From: Lama guanicoe
Taxonomy: Eukaryota
Assembly (NCBI GenBank): GCA_013239625.1
Contig: MU053934.1
Coordinates: forward strand, 4,668,399-4,732,398
Length of the DNA: 64,000 nt
Direction of reading: 5' to 3'
The position numbers and the translations under genes are program-made. Below the pieces are notes generated by a model, which saw only the letters and a program-made list of their open reading frames with translations, was not told the origin of the DNA and did no database searches. Each line of letters starts with the position of its first letter. The first letter of the stretch is position 1. This document shows, piece by piece, positions 26,926-40,505 of this stretch.

Positions 26926-27229
26926 AAAAAACAGTGTCTAGCAGATAACAGGTACCAATAAACATGTTTTGCTGTTGAACAAGTGAAGCCCTAACGACAG
27001 TGTGCAGACGTTCCTGTGGGGCCCAAAGGAGACACCTGAGTGTGTTGGATGAGGAGGGGGAAGAGGGGTGGAAAAAGACTTCTAGAGGGGACATTTGAGG
27101 TGGACCTTGAAAGGTAGGTCTTTGCCAGGAGGCTTGGGGAGCGGGAAGAGCATGGAAAGATGACAAGAAAGCAATCTGAGAAAATGGAAGAGCTCTGAAA
27201 GCCACGATAGGGAATATTATTGGTGTTAA

Positions 27230-28020
27230 AATTCCCCCAGGGACGCCCCCCGCCATGGCTCCAGCACGAGATCAGCAGACAGTGCAGTGACCTGACCTGA
27301 CAGGCTACGGGTTTGGCAGCAGGTTAGGGGAACTATGTGGCCGGAGGGCCCCACATGGCCTCGGCGGTCTGGTCCCTAGGTGACGTCACGTATGGAGGCG
27401 TGACTCAGGGCTTTGGGGCGGAGCCGCGTGAGGGGGCGTGACCAGACGCGCCTCCTGGCCCCGCCCCTAGAGAGGCCTAGGAGGGGAAGACCGGAAGTCC
27501 TCCCGCCTCCGCCCGCCTCCAGGCTCCGTTCGGCCCCTCCCCTCAGCTCCGTGCGCGAGGTCGTGTCCCGGAAGTGAAGGGGCCATGTTGGTGGGTGACC
27601 CTAGGAGAGGTACCGGGAGAGAGGCGAATCTCGAGAAGTGGTAGCGCGCGCGGTTCGCGGGTGAGTGAGGGGAGAGGGGAGGGCTGGGGTCGGGGGCTCG
27701 CCGCTCCTCCTCTCAGGGCCGCCCCGGCACCCCCTACCTGGCCGGGGCCCGAGCTATCGGCTTGGCTGTCAGGGGTCTCGCCCCACTCCGCTCTGGGCTT
27801 TCTTCTAAAGGCACCTCCGTGGCCCCGCCCCAACCTCCGGAGTCCTCCCGGTGCCCCCGAGCCGGCCTGCCCCAGCCTCGAGGTCTCCCCACCCTGGCTC
27901 CGTGTGATACCCTCATGGTCGGGGGAGGAGTTGGGGATTCGCCGGGGCCCGGCCGCCCACTTGCCAGCCGACCTTGTAGTAACAGACCTCGCGTGACAGT
28001 CGCCTGCCTCATAAAGCACT
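27230..28020 (+). promoter_or_regulatory. MIEF1: MIEF1 CpG-island promoter and exon 1 (donor after 27660)
   Basis: CpG-rich region with a full CRE TGACGTCA (27381-27388), GC boxes, ETS/GABP CCGGAAGT at 27491 and 27568, and donor CGG|GTGAGT at 27660/27661. Confidence 0.85.
27585..27644 (+). CDS. MIEF1 exon-1 uORF, 19 aa (MLVGDPRRGTGREANLEKW)
   Basis: GCCATGT start and TAG stop lie before the exon-1 donor. It is only translated if the TSS is upstream of 27585. Confidence 0.5.
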   Translation: MLVGDPRRGTGREANLEKW

Positions 28021-29426
28021 TCTGTTGATTTCAGGATTCATCTCTCCCACTCCGGTAGGCCCTTAGGGGCGAGTGGGACTCTTATACTGTTGAGGAAAAG
28101 GGACAGGGACGGTGGCTTGCTTAAGCTCGCGCAGCAAGTTAGCAAGGCCAGAGGCTGACGCTAGCCGACTTTGGGCCCAAAGTTCAAACCTTATTACCAG
28201 TCAGATACCTCCCCTACTCAGTCTCATTTCTTTACTTCAGAAACAGGTGATTATTTTTTCTACAGGGACGTTGTGAGGATTCCCTCTTTCCTTCAACTTA
28301 ATATTTTAAGTCCCTGATGTGTGCCAGGTGCTGGGCTGGGGAAAGTTTGGAAAGCACCTAGAAGTGCTCTACACATGGTAAGGCCCTGGCAAATGGCAGC
28401 TATCGTTACAGAGGCAGTCCGAATTGGGGTGAGGAGTGCACCCCCCTTTACAGCTGTGTGCCCATAGGCAAGTTACTTCTCTCTGGGAGCATCAGTTTCC
28501 TCCACTTAAAGTGGGAATACCGATGACCCTAGGACTGTTGATAGAATGAGATGAGTTGTCACGTGGGACCTGATTAGCCCATGCGTGGTGTACAGGAAAC
28601 ATGCAATAAGTGTTATGAACCCTGACCACTTCATTGGTTCTTTCATTTAAATGTGACAATGGATGACAAAGCACTTTACAAATAGTAACACTCTGTGGTT
28701 GTGTAAGGGTTTATTGTTACTGAAGGAAGATGATGACAGTTTATGTGTAACTAAATCTAATACTTACTGAGCACTTAAAAACAAGGGTAGGTAGCATTAA
28801 CAATAGCTGTCCCTGATAGCCTGCTTAGTAAATTCCAAGTGCTTTTCTAATTGTTTACATACATTAACTCAGTTAATCTTCATACCAGACATATGGGAAA
28901 ATAAAATTTCAAATCTCATTTTATAAATGAGCAACTGAGGTGAGCACAGAGAGGTTAAGAAACTTGCCCACTGTGATCAGCTCATAAGTGGTGGTCCCAG
29001 GATTCAAGTATGACTGAGAGTCCTTGTCTTCAACCACTTTAGACCACCCCTTGTGGTGAGGTTCTGTCACAGGTGGTTTACTTGTATTACCACACACAAT
29101 TCTCAGAATAACCCTATATCGTAAGTGCTATTAGCATATAGTATATAGCGATATATAAATGTCAGTAGCCTTATCTATATTTTACAGCTGAAGACGCTGA
29201 TGTTCAAGAGAGGTTATGTACTTTGGCCAGAAGTAACTGGCAGAGCCAAGATTCAAGCTCATCAGTCCAACTTCCAGGCCCTGGCCTTTTAGCATAACCT
29301 GCAGTTTCCCAGAAGCAGGAGTCAGTAGTCTGGTGTCTAGTCCCGGCCCTGCCACTAAGTTATAGTGTGACCTTGGGGGTCTCTGAGACCTAAATTACTA
29401 ACTATGGAATTAAATAGTTTCTATAG

Positions 29427-29723
<297 letters not shown>

Positions 29724-31599
29724 GATCCTCTCCTTTCCCCTGCCATCCTAATTCCAAGGGAGAGAGGACAAAGGTGCCTTCCACAGACACGCCTGCTTCT
29801 CTCCCACCTCCACCTCACAGATGCAGTAAGAAGCCTCAGGTATGTAGGCTCTTGTTCCTGTAGGTTTCATTTTTTTCTGATGCAGGGGGCCAGGAGAAGG
29901 AGAACCTTTCATTTTAGTGACCAAAGTCCTTCAGTCATAAATCAATAGAGGTGATACAAACATATTAACAGAAGTATGTTCCCTTATTGAGAAAAAATAG
30001 GCACTGAGTTTCAAGCCCTATCAGGATACCATTTTGTTTCTTAGAACATTTTACGTATGAATATGCTAGAAAAGACATTGGTTAGAACTAATAGAGCTCA
30101 GTTTCAGGCTGGCTTATTCTTCCATGGAGTCAGTTATCTTGTGGGTGAGATCATGTTCCCCTAAACCTGACTAGATTCGGTTAGAAAAGTCTATAAAGCA
30201 AGCACAGTGCACAGACCTCCGAGGGCAGTGCCTGGGTTCACGTCCTGGCACTGCTCCCAGCAAGTGTGGGATCTAGGGCAGATCACTAAACCTGCCTGGG
30301 CCTCTGTTTCCTCATTTGTAAAATGATAATAGTACTACCTCTTCAGCTTATTTCAAGAATTTAATGAGATAGTGCACACAGAGTACTTGGAACGGTTCTT
30401 GGCAAGTGATAGTCAGCTCTTTTTACTACTTCCTATGCCACTGTTATCAAGAAGTCCCACCGTAAGCTAATGGTTGTATTTAATTCAGCAACTTTTTCCA
30501 GAGGGCCGCCTGTAGCCCTGGCATTCTGGTAGGCTCTGAGATAGAGATGAGTGATGTGGTCCATCAGGAGCGTCGGGCTAACGTAGAGGTCATCGGAAAG
30601 TAATGCCAGCGAGTGGCTCTGTGCTAGAGGGTGAATAAAGAGCTTGGAGATGAGGACATAACGCTTCCCTGGGGGAGGGATGGTGATGGAGGCTTCACAG
30701 GTGGCTATGGAAAAGAGGACATTTGAGGTCTACCTCAAATGAGAAATAGAAGCTTGCCAGGCAGATGGGTAAGAATAAGCAAGTGTGGAGGTGAAAACCA
30801 CATTTTGTGGTCGGGAAACTTGAGTCTGGAGTGACTCAAGTGGTGCACCTGTGAGGCAAGTGGCTGGAGTTGAGTCTTGTCCAGGTCGAAGGACAGTGAA
30901 TCCCCTGTTGAGGAGGTTGTGATACCTGATGGCAGGGGACCATCACAGCTCTGTAAGCGGAGGAAAGGCGTGGATGAGGAATCATGGCAGCAGGGAGAAT
31001 AAATTGGTGAGAGATACTAGAGGCCGCGAATCTGACCAAATGAGATGGAGGGACTGAGGTGGTTGGGAGGCTGCGTGTCAGTGCAGTGTGTACAGCGGTG
31101 GGACTTGAGTGGAAGCTAACTGAGGCAGGAGTTGGAGAGGGAAGAATGAAGAGTTACTGTGAGGGGTGAGGCTTGCCAGCTGGGTGGAGAGTGCTGTTTT
31201 TAACAGAGGGAAAGCAGGAGGAGGAGCCTTAGGTAATAATGGCTTTTGGTTCTCCTCAGCGACTCGGGTTGATCGGCAGACTGGCCTTTGGGAGGAAAGG
31301 GCCAGGCGCGTGGTACACACTCATTATGTGTTAGCTCTTCTCGTGTGTACTCAAGCCAGATAAGGTTTAAGTCGTATGACTTTTTCAAATGAAACCAGTT
31401 GGAATTTCCCTAATTCTGTGTTGTCATCCTAGGAAGCTGCAGGGCCTCCATCACTCATCATCCCCACTATATTGGGTGATGAGTATTTCTACTCCCATTT
31501 TTGTAACCAGGGGGACAGTTTAAATAACTTGTCTGAAATGTTAGCAGAGTTCACATTCTCCATCCTCAGCCCTGCCCAGCAGGTTTGTGTTCCTCCCCC

Positions 31600-31745
31600 C
31601 CCCCTTTTTTTTTTAAGTATTTTACCCATTTGTAAGTGTACAGTTCAGTAGTATGTAAGCATTGTGTAACATTGTATAGCATAGCATTGTGTAACAGATC
31701 TTCAGAACTTTTTCATCTTGTGAAATTGATACTATACCCAGTAAA
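31600..31745 (-). mobile_element. L1 3' end fragment (L1MB-like)
   Basis: Poly-T followed by TTTACCCATTTGTAAGTGTACAGTTCAGTAG and CAGAACTTTTTCATCTTG. Confidence 0.6.
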
Positions 31746-33015
31746 CAACGGGGCTCCTCCTTAACTGCACTGAGGAGCCGGGCCCCTCTCCTTGCCTGGT
31801 GGAGGTCCTGTCTCCAGTAGGCTCCGGGCTGGTGCAGCAGAGGCTGCACGGAGGAGACACTGTGGATAAGTAGTTTCACCTGGGACAGAGTTCAGCTCTA
31901 GAACATGAACTTCGATCTCCCCGTGCGAGCTTGTGGATGCTCTCTCCTCTTCCAGGTCACCAGGTCTTTGACATCTGGTCAAACCTGGTCCTTAGTTGGG
32001 GTGGGGAGTATATTGCACAAAAATAGGAAAAGCCTTTTCCCAAGCCCACTCAACTTAATAGTTTTGGTCTCAAGCCCAGGAGAGCATCAGTGGAAGTTTC
32101 AGAGGCCACTCCTGGCTCCGTCTCAGAAGGTACAATCTGGATTGCTGGTTGCCTTCTGGAAGTTGACCTTTTGTCCTGTGGATGGAAATCTTAAAAGACT
32201 TAATGATAGCCTATATTTGTAGAGTCCTTTTACAGTTTATAAAGTGTTCACATACAGTATTTCAGTAGATGAGTTTTCCTCACTACAGCCCTATGATTTA
32301 GGCCATGTAGGCATCATTATCCCCTTTAGCTGAGGGGTTAAGTAACCCATTTGAGGTCACCCAGCTAATTAGTCAGGGCTGAAAGGCAAGTACTCAGTCT
32401 CAAGGTTTCCAACTCTAAAATCCAGGCTCTTTTCTTTTACGCCACCTCACCGTCTCATTCTCACCAGTCAGCAGATGGGCCAAGGTCTAAATGGCCCAGA
32501 GAGGCTCCTTCCGGCTTCTGCTTGGAGGGAGGATGTTCTGCTGAATCACATCCAAGGATCATTTAGAGGGTGGTTCTCCCACCCCCATCCAGTGGTTCTC
32601 CCTGTTGTAAATACATCTGTAAAAGTTCTTTTGTTTCCTTGCTATGTGTGGGGAACTGTGTAACGTTCAACTTTGTCCTGATTGGATCACTGCGTCTGGT
32701 GAGTTTGTATCTGGTCTCTGTCTCAGTGGCCACTGGAGGGAGTTCTTGCCTGTCTCCACCTGCCAACACAGAGTTTAACTCTTCTCCATGGCCTTGCTTG
32801 CTCTGTGCATTTGAAGTGTGGGTATATTTAGTGTGGCCAAGTAGTCTCTCATTACATCCCTAAACCTGAAGCTCCTATTAACTGTAAAAGGTGGAGAAAA
32901 GAAAAGTGCCACCAAGGTTGTGAACTTTAGGTATGGAAAAAATAATTTGGGACTTGACAGTGACTCTTAATTAATTCAATTGCTGGAATAAGTAGTCAGA
33001 AGTATTTCTTTCTTT

Positions 33016-33133
33016 GGCGGGGAGGGTGTAGCTCAGTGGTAGAGCACATGCTTAGCATGCACGAGGTCCTGGGTTCAATTCCCAGTACCTCAAATGAAAG
33101 TAAACAAACAAACCTAATCCCCATTCCCCCCTA
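33016..33133 (+). mobile_element. tRNA-Ala-derived SINE (camelid Vic-1 type), MIEF1 intron 2
   Basis: GGGGAGGGTGTAGCTCAGTGGTAGAGCACATGCTTAGCATGCACGAGGTCCTGGGTTCAATTCCCAGTACCTC. TSD AAGTATTTCTTTCTTT / AAGTGTTTCTTTCTTT. Confidence 0.88.
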
Positions 33134-34508
33134 AAGTGTTTCTTTCTTTCTTTCTTGTTGAGGGGGAGGAATACGCAAGGGGCACTAGATCAGAAACTAG
33201 CAATACCCAATTGTAAGGGTGTTACAGAGCACGTTACTTCACACTGGAAGATGCACAGTGATCTTGTCTCTTTCTTTCCTCCCCTTCTGGAAGTGCTGGG
33301 TCTGCTGGTGAGTGGGAAACAGCTGTGTATCTTCCTGTGTAGTACCTGGTGTACAGGACACGGGAGGTGGAGGAGAATCGCAGTGTTACAAGCAGTGTTC
33401 AGATCTGAGCCACTCTGCCATCCTTTATCTGGGTCGGGCCCAGGGTTCTAGCTCCCTGGGAAATGGGCTTACTTGGGGACTCGGGGAATTTCAGTCAGGA
33501 TGTCTCCACTGTTGCTGGGGAGCAAATGTGTGCTTGCATCCCTTGAGCACAGGACGGGAGGCCAGCCTCTTCTGCCTTGTGCCCATGGACTCCTTTTAGA
33601 GGAATACATGTTTAGTTCATTTTCAAGTGCACTTGAGCAGGTGGACTTTTTGTTTTCCAGTTAACAGCTGAGTCTGCAGTGAGCGCTGTGTTTATTCTGT
33701 CTCACAGTCCCAGCCTCACCTGAGTTTCTTGTAGTTTCCTGCACACTTTCTCCAGGAAGCAGCATTTGTCAAATGGGACCATCGGCAGAGAGTTCTTTTC
33801 TCCTTTGGACTTTTCTCACACATGGACTTGTAGTTACGTCTCCATGTGCAGCGTATTTGTTGTTGTTATTATTATTTACTTATTTATTTATTTTTTGCAG
33901 AAAGTAGATAGAATGGGGAGTTTGATCTGGTAAGGGCAAACATGATGCAGTAGAAAAAGCATACTGGGAGTTGGGAGTCCTGAGTTTCGCAGATGGCTCC
34001 GTCATTCCTTTTCTCCAGAACCTCTGGCAGTCACCTCCCTTTGTGTGAAAGGATGGGGTGGGAGTAGGTGATCCTCCTGTAATTAAATTAGACCTTCCCA
34101 GATCTAACTTTGTACGAGCAATGGCCAAAGGATCAAAACCTGATCTGCACTGTGAGGTTGGGAAGGGGTACAGAGGGTTATGTTGTGTGGGGGGTACTTC
34201 ACTCTAATCCAAGAAGGGGCTGACAATGAGCTTAATGCTCTCTGTAATCTCAGTAGATTGGTGGGGAGGTTTCCCATAAGTAGCAGGATCGGTTCTCCCC
34301 CTTGAATCCAGATACATCAAGCAACACGGTACCTCCCCCGACCCTAGAGCATGGAGTGAGTGTTAAGGGCAGGAGGATTTGGGTTACTGGAACTCACAGA
34401 GTACCCTGAACTTGTTGCGGACTGGCCTGATGGCGGAGGGACGAGGAGGGATGGTTCTTGAGGTCCCAGGTGCTGATGGCTGTGTTCTGCCTCACCCCCA
34501 GGTGAGCA

Positions 34509-34652
34509 ATGGCAGGCGCTGGTGAGCGCAAAAGCAAGAAGGATGACAACGGCATCGGCACAGCCATTGACTTTGTGCTCTCCAACGCCCGGCTGGTGCT
34601 GGGGGTGGGCGGGGCGGCCATGCTGGGCATCGCCACGCTGGCGGTTAAGCGG
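34509..34652 (+). CDS. MIEF1: MiD51 coding exon 1 (gene exon 3; aa 1-48, includes the TM anchor)
   Basis: MAGAGERKSKKDDNGIGTAIDFVLSNARLVLGVGGAAMLGIATLAVKR. Acceptor AG at 34500-34501, donor CGG|GTAAGT. Confidence 0.96.
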
Positions 34653-34921
34653 GTAAGTGCCCTCAGCCAGGGCCAGGGATTGGAGAGGTGGTGAGGCTGC
34701 TAGGTGGAGCCGACCAAGTATAAGACTGACATCGCTAATGGGAATGTAACTTGGTAATGTGGCATTATTAGATGAAACCTTAAGAGAATTCAGTAAATCT
34801 ACTTCTAGGACTCTGCCCTAAAGAAATTGTTGGCGATACAAATAAAGATGTTTATCCCAGCAAGTGAAAAATGGCAAATAACCAAAATATTCTTCCTTGA
34901 CTACCTTATTTAAAATATCTA

Positions 34922-35141
34922 AAGGTTAACCATTATATATAAAAGTAGATAAAAAACAAATATCTTCTGTATAACACAGGGAACTATATTCAGTATCTTG
35001 TAATAACCTTTAATGAAAATGAATATGAAAACAAATATATCTGTATATATTTGCATGAGTGGAACATTATGCCGTACACCAGAAGTTGACACATTGTAAC
35101 TGACTATACTTCAATTAAAAATAAATATATATATATGAAGA
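34922..35141 (+). mobile_element. 5'-truncated L1 3' end with TSD, MIEF1 intron 3
   Basis: GTATAACACAGGGAACTATATTCAGTATCTTGTAATAACC...ACTATACTTCAATTAAAAA. TSD AAAATATCTA / AAAATAACTA. Confidence 0.75.
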
Positions 35142-35795
35142 AAAATAACTAGCAACACCCCCATCACACATATACTTCCTGTTTCCCTTTCTTACTTTTC
35201 TTAATGTCTCTATCTGCAAACTTTAACTTGTTTATTGTGTGTTGCCTGTATCCCTCAGGTAGACTGAAAATTTCATGAGGGCAGGGATTGGGTCTCTTTG
35301 GTTTACTACTTTATTCTGTTCACTTAGAACAATGCCTGGCACATAGTAGTTATGTATTTGTTAAGTAAAGGAATCAGTGTTCAACATATGGCACATTCAT
35401 AAGGTACAATGTTGTATAATCAGAAATTGTACCATAATGTTCTACACCGATTCATTTTTAGTGATGTGGGAGGGTGATAAAGATGATTAATGAAAAAAAT
35501 CAGTTTTCAAAATTATATATTAGAGGAGAATCCTAGTTGTATAAACATATATTTCCAGAAAGAAATATACCAAAATATTAATAGTTATCTCTGGGTTGTG
35601 ACATTATGGATAAATCTGTTTCTTAATTATTTATATCATTTAATATTTCCTGAGATTGTGTGGAGCTAAGTATTCCATAATCTAGAATAAAACAAAATTA
35701 CAGAAAAATAGTAGTTGAACTCATTAAGGCTAAGGTGTGGGAAGGAGGGAAACGGGAAAGAAGGTACATGTGCTGGGTGGTGCCTGCTCTTTCAG

Positions 35796-35973
35796 ATGTA
35801 CGACAGGGCCATCAGCGCCCCGACCAGCCCCACCCGCCTGAGCCACGCAGGGAAAAGGAGCTGGGAAGAACCAAACTGGATGGGCTCCCCGCGGTTACTC
35901 AACAAGGACATGAAGACAGGCCTGAGCAGGTCCCTACAGACCCTTCCCACAGACCCCTCGGCCTTTGACACAG
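35796..35973 (+). CDS. MIEF1: MiD51 coding exon 2 (gene exon 4)
   Basis: TTTCAG|ATGTAC acceptor, MYDRAISAPTSPTRLSH...AFDT, donor CAG|GTAAGG, phase 1. Confidence 0.95.
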
Positions 35974-36133
35974 GTAAGGAAGGCTTGTGCCCCTTCTGGG
36001 ACTTCCTCCAGGCTCTCTATGCTACTCCTGTATTCAGCGCATTTCTCAAGGATATGAGTGCCAGGTACTGCGTGGGCACTTGCCTTTTGTGCCAAGCCCC
36101 GCCCCTCTCTGGGGCTGCGGCTCTGTGGACTGA

Positions 36134-36499
<366 letters not shown>

Positions 36500-36932
36500 T
36501 AGCGCTACTGGTTCAGAAGATCAGGTTCCACACTTGTCAGAAAGAGTAGTCTCACTGCTCCCGAGTTCTGCACACTGGGGTAGCATTGGGAGATCCCTGC
36601 CTTGAGTCTTCTTTAACCTTTTCTTGTTTTCTAGTCATATAGCTTCTAGGAAGCTGTAAGAGGCCTCCTTCCTGTTTTCTTGTCCCCATCTCTCCTTTCT
36701 GGTTTTCCCTCTTCTGGGGTCTTCAGGTCATGGGGGTGTCCTGTGTACTTGTGTGTCCAGAGACAGTATGGCTGTGGAATGAGCACGGGCTCTAGTGTCC
36801 GCATACCTGGGTGTAAATCTTCCCTCTGGACTGATACTGTGATAGGAAAAAATTCTTAGTTTCCTTTATTGTTGCGGGAATATAAGATGGTGGGACCTGT
36901 GTTTGGGGAAGCTTGTCTCTTGAGCAGATTAA

Positions 36933-37784
<852 letters not shown>

Positions 37785-40499
37785 GGCAGGTGAAGGCCAA
37801 AGTAGGTGTCTGGTGGTCAGGCCCTGGATTCTCCGTTAGAAACACTTGGCTACATAGTTGGTGCCTCACAGGGTCCCTAGGTGCCTCCTGCCTTGCTGGT
37901 TATTGCCCTGGTCACTTCATGCTGATTAGAATGACATCTGTCTCCTCTTTTCTCAGTAACCCTTTCTATTTTTGTTACCAAACACTGTGCTCCCTACTCC
38001 TCCCCTCCCCCGGCTCCAGGCCAGTTTTTCTTGAATGAATTGAGAAGGTGGAGCACTGGCCTGAGCTGTTGAGACCACTTGGTGTTTGCATTCTGGCCCA
38101 GGTGTGCTGCGTCTGCCCTGCCCTGCGGCCTGCCCCTCGTCCGCGTCTTCTCCGTCTTTTCCTCCTGTTCATCCCTTCAGTTTTGCTCTTTTCCCTGGAG
38201 CACATCTGCCTGATCGAGATGTTGCCTTTTAGTTGAATGTCACTGAAGTTATGATTGCATGTCTCAAACTGAACTGTGCAAAGAGTACTCAGACAGTATT
38301 TAGGGTTTCTGGGGGTAAAGCTGGTGGAAAAGCTGGACTTTGACCCAGGTTCCTGGAGAAGAAGCCCATTCCCCCCACCTCTTGACCGACTTATATCCAT
38401 AAGTGCTGAGAAGATCTCTTGTGGGAACACGTCGTTGACCCACACAGGAGGGAGGACTCGAGATAAACTGGATGCAGAGTTTTGCAGAGATTGTGTTTCT
38501 TGGTGGCCATCAGTAAGAGTGCAGGGTGGGAGAAACCGGAAGTGGTGGAGAGGGTCTGTGTGCCTGGTGTGTGCGCCTCATCCATGGCTGGTCTGGACCA
38601 GCACCACTGTGTGCAGGAGTCAGACGGGGACGGGGAAGGACGAGGCTGTTGTTGGCCCCCTTCCTTGCCTTATTGCCAATTAGGACAAGGCCTTCAGGGA
38701 CACAGTCTTAGTAGTGCTAGAGGTTGACAGGCAGCTGAATGTCAGCTGGAAGATCCAGTGACAAGTTGGGGCCCAGTGACCGTGTTTCTTCCCCATCAGG
38801 CTCTGCCTTTCTAGGATGTTGCCTTAGAGCAGGAATAGGCCCAATAGCCAGCCCTTCATTCCCCAGTGTCTGCCACAGGAACGTGAGGGGGCGCTCACTG
38901 AACTCTCCAGGCACCTCCAGAGGCCAGAGGGCAGGCAGACACGCACAGACCTCTTCCCGCCGTCCTGTCTCTCACCCAGCACCTGGGGAGACCGGTGCTA
39001 CCTAGGAAGAGAGCACATGGATAAAACACAGACGAGAGGGAGGTGGGTACTTCCTACCTTCCTTGTTTCCCGCTGCTAAAATTGCACTATTTATTGCAAT
39101 GTAAAAAGTATCCTGAGCGTGGGGAGGAATATTTAATACACAATGTCAGTGCACCTTCTTGTTTTGTGGTTTTTTCCTGTTTGTGGCAAGAGGCTGATGA
39201 TAATTCTGTTTCTGATCCTCCCATCCAGTATTTTGTTCTCCCGTCAAGTCTTAACTACTTTTATTCTTACTACCTCTCCATCATCGAGATTCTGGTGAAG
39301 CTCTCTGCAGCTGTCTCATTCCTTCCCAGTGAGAGTGACATGAAATGACTCTTTAAATAGCATTGAAACCTCAGCTACCCTTTGGATTTAGGGTAGAGAT
39401 TCCTGTCCCCTCTTTTGTTACGGTTTAGGAGGTTGAGAACCAGGGGTAACCTTGGCTATATTTGGAAATCTTCCTGCCTCTTCTCTCATGTACATGCAGA
39501 GTTTCCCTAAAATGGTTCAGTTGTTTCATTTGTATAAAGATATTGCAGGAGAATGAAAAATATAAAGCCCAGAACCCTGAGAGAGCTTCTCCATCCTGGC
39601 TGTTCATCAGAGTCACAGTGGAGTTTAAAACCATCCGTATGCCCGAGTGCTGCCCTGGGTGGTTGATGTAGAGGGTATGGGGTGGGGCCTGGCATTGCTG
39701 GTTCTGATGCACCCATCTGATGTCTATTAGAAGAAAGGGAGCAGGGAGGGTTGAAAGTTGCAAAAGCATGAGTTATTCTTCACTGATAAAAGAATTTGGT
39801 TTTCCCAATGTAAATATTATAAAACCTATAATTTTCCCAAGCTGGTATCAGACAAAATTCCATATAAAACATAAGGAGAGCTCAAAAAAGAAAATATTTT
39901 AAAGACCAAATCCCAAATTATCAAAGCCAAGTGTAATTGTGATTTATCTCCTCTTTTTCTAAAGAGCATCTTTCTAAGGGCAGCTCTGTCTCTTACCTAT
40001 GTTTCACAAAACCAAAAACCCTAACTTCGCCATTTCCACAAGCAAGAACCTCTTAGAAGTCCTCAGAACTAAAAGCGGTGGGGATTCTTGGCCCTGGTCC
40101 TGGTGATTTTGCTCACCAGGGTTTGCTGAGTGAGACGGGGTGAGTCTCATCAAAACTTAGACAACAGTTAAGTGCTTTGAGATTCTTGGATAGAGGAAGG
40201 AACATCGCCTGCCTGATTTTAGTCTCTGGAGAAAGATGTAGGGCCTTTCCCCGCCTTTCAGCCTGCCTTTTCAGTAACTCCCACTTTTGCCTGAAGTAAC
40301 AGTATCTGCTCCTACTTTTCCACCTGGAAATTTTTTTTGCACCATCTAGGTTAGCAAATCACATAGTTAGCTTAATGCTTAAATAAATGCTCATCATCTT
40401 AAGTGTATTTTGGTTTTCCCTGTTGCCCCTTCGTAAAACATGAGTTCAGGACAGCAGTATTTTTCTTTATACACTTGGTTGTGACTTCTTTTTTTTTCA

Positions 40500-40505
40500 A
40501 ATAAA
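40500..40505 (+). terminator. MIEF1: Candidate MIEF1 polyA signal (alternatives at 40382, 41194, 41241)
   Basis: AATAAA preceded by a U-run and followed by GT-rich sequence. Confidence 0.5.

Noticed and set aside
33019..33090. Apparent tRNA-Ala(AGC) gene (also at 26803)
   Set aside because: TSD, A-rich tail and imperfect stems identify these as SINEs.
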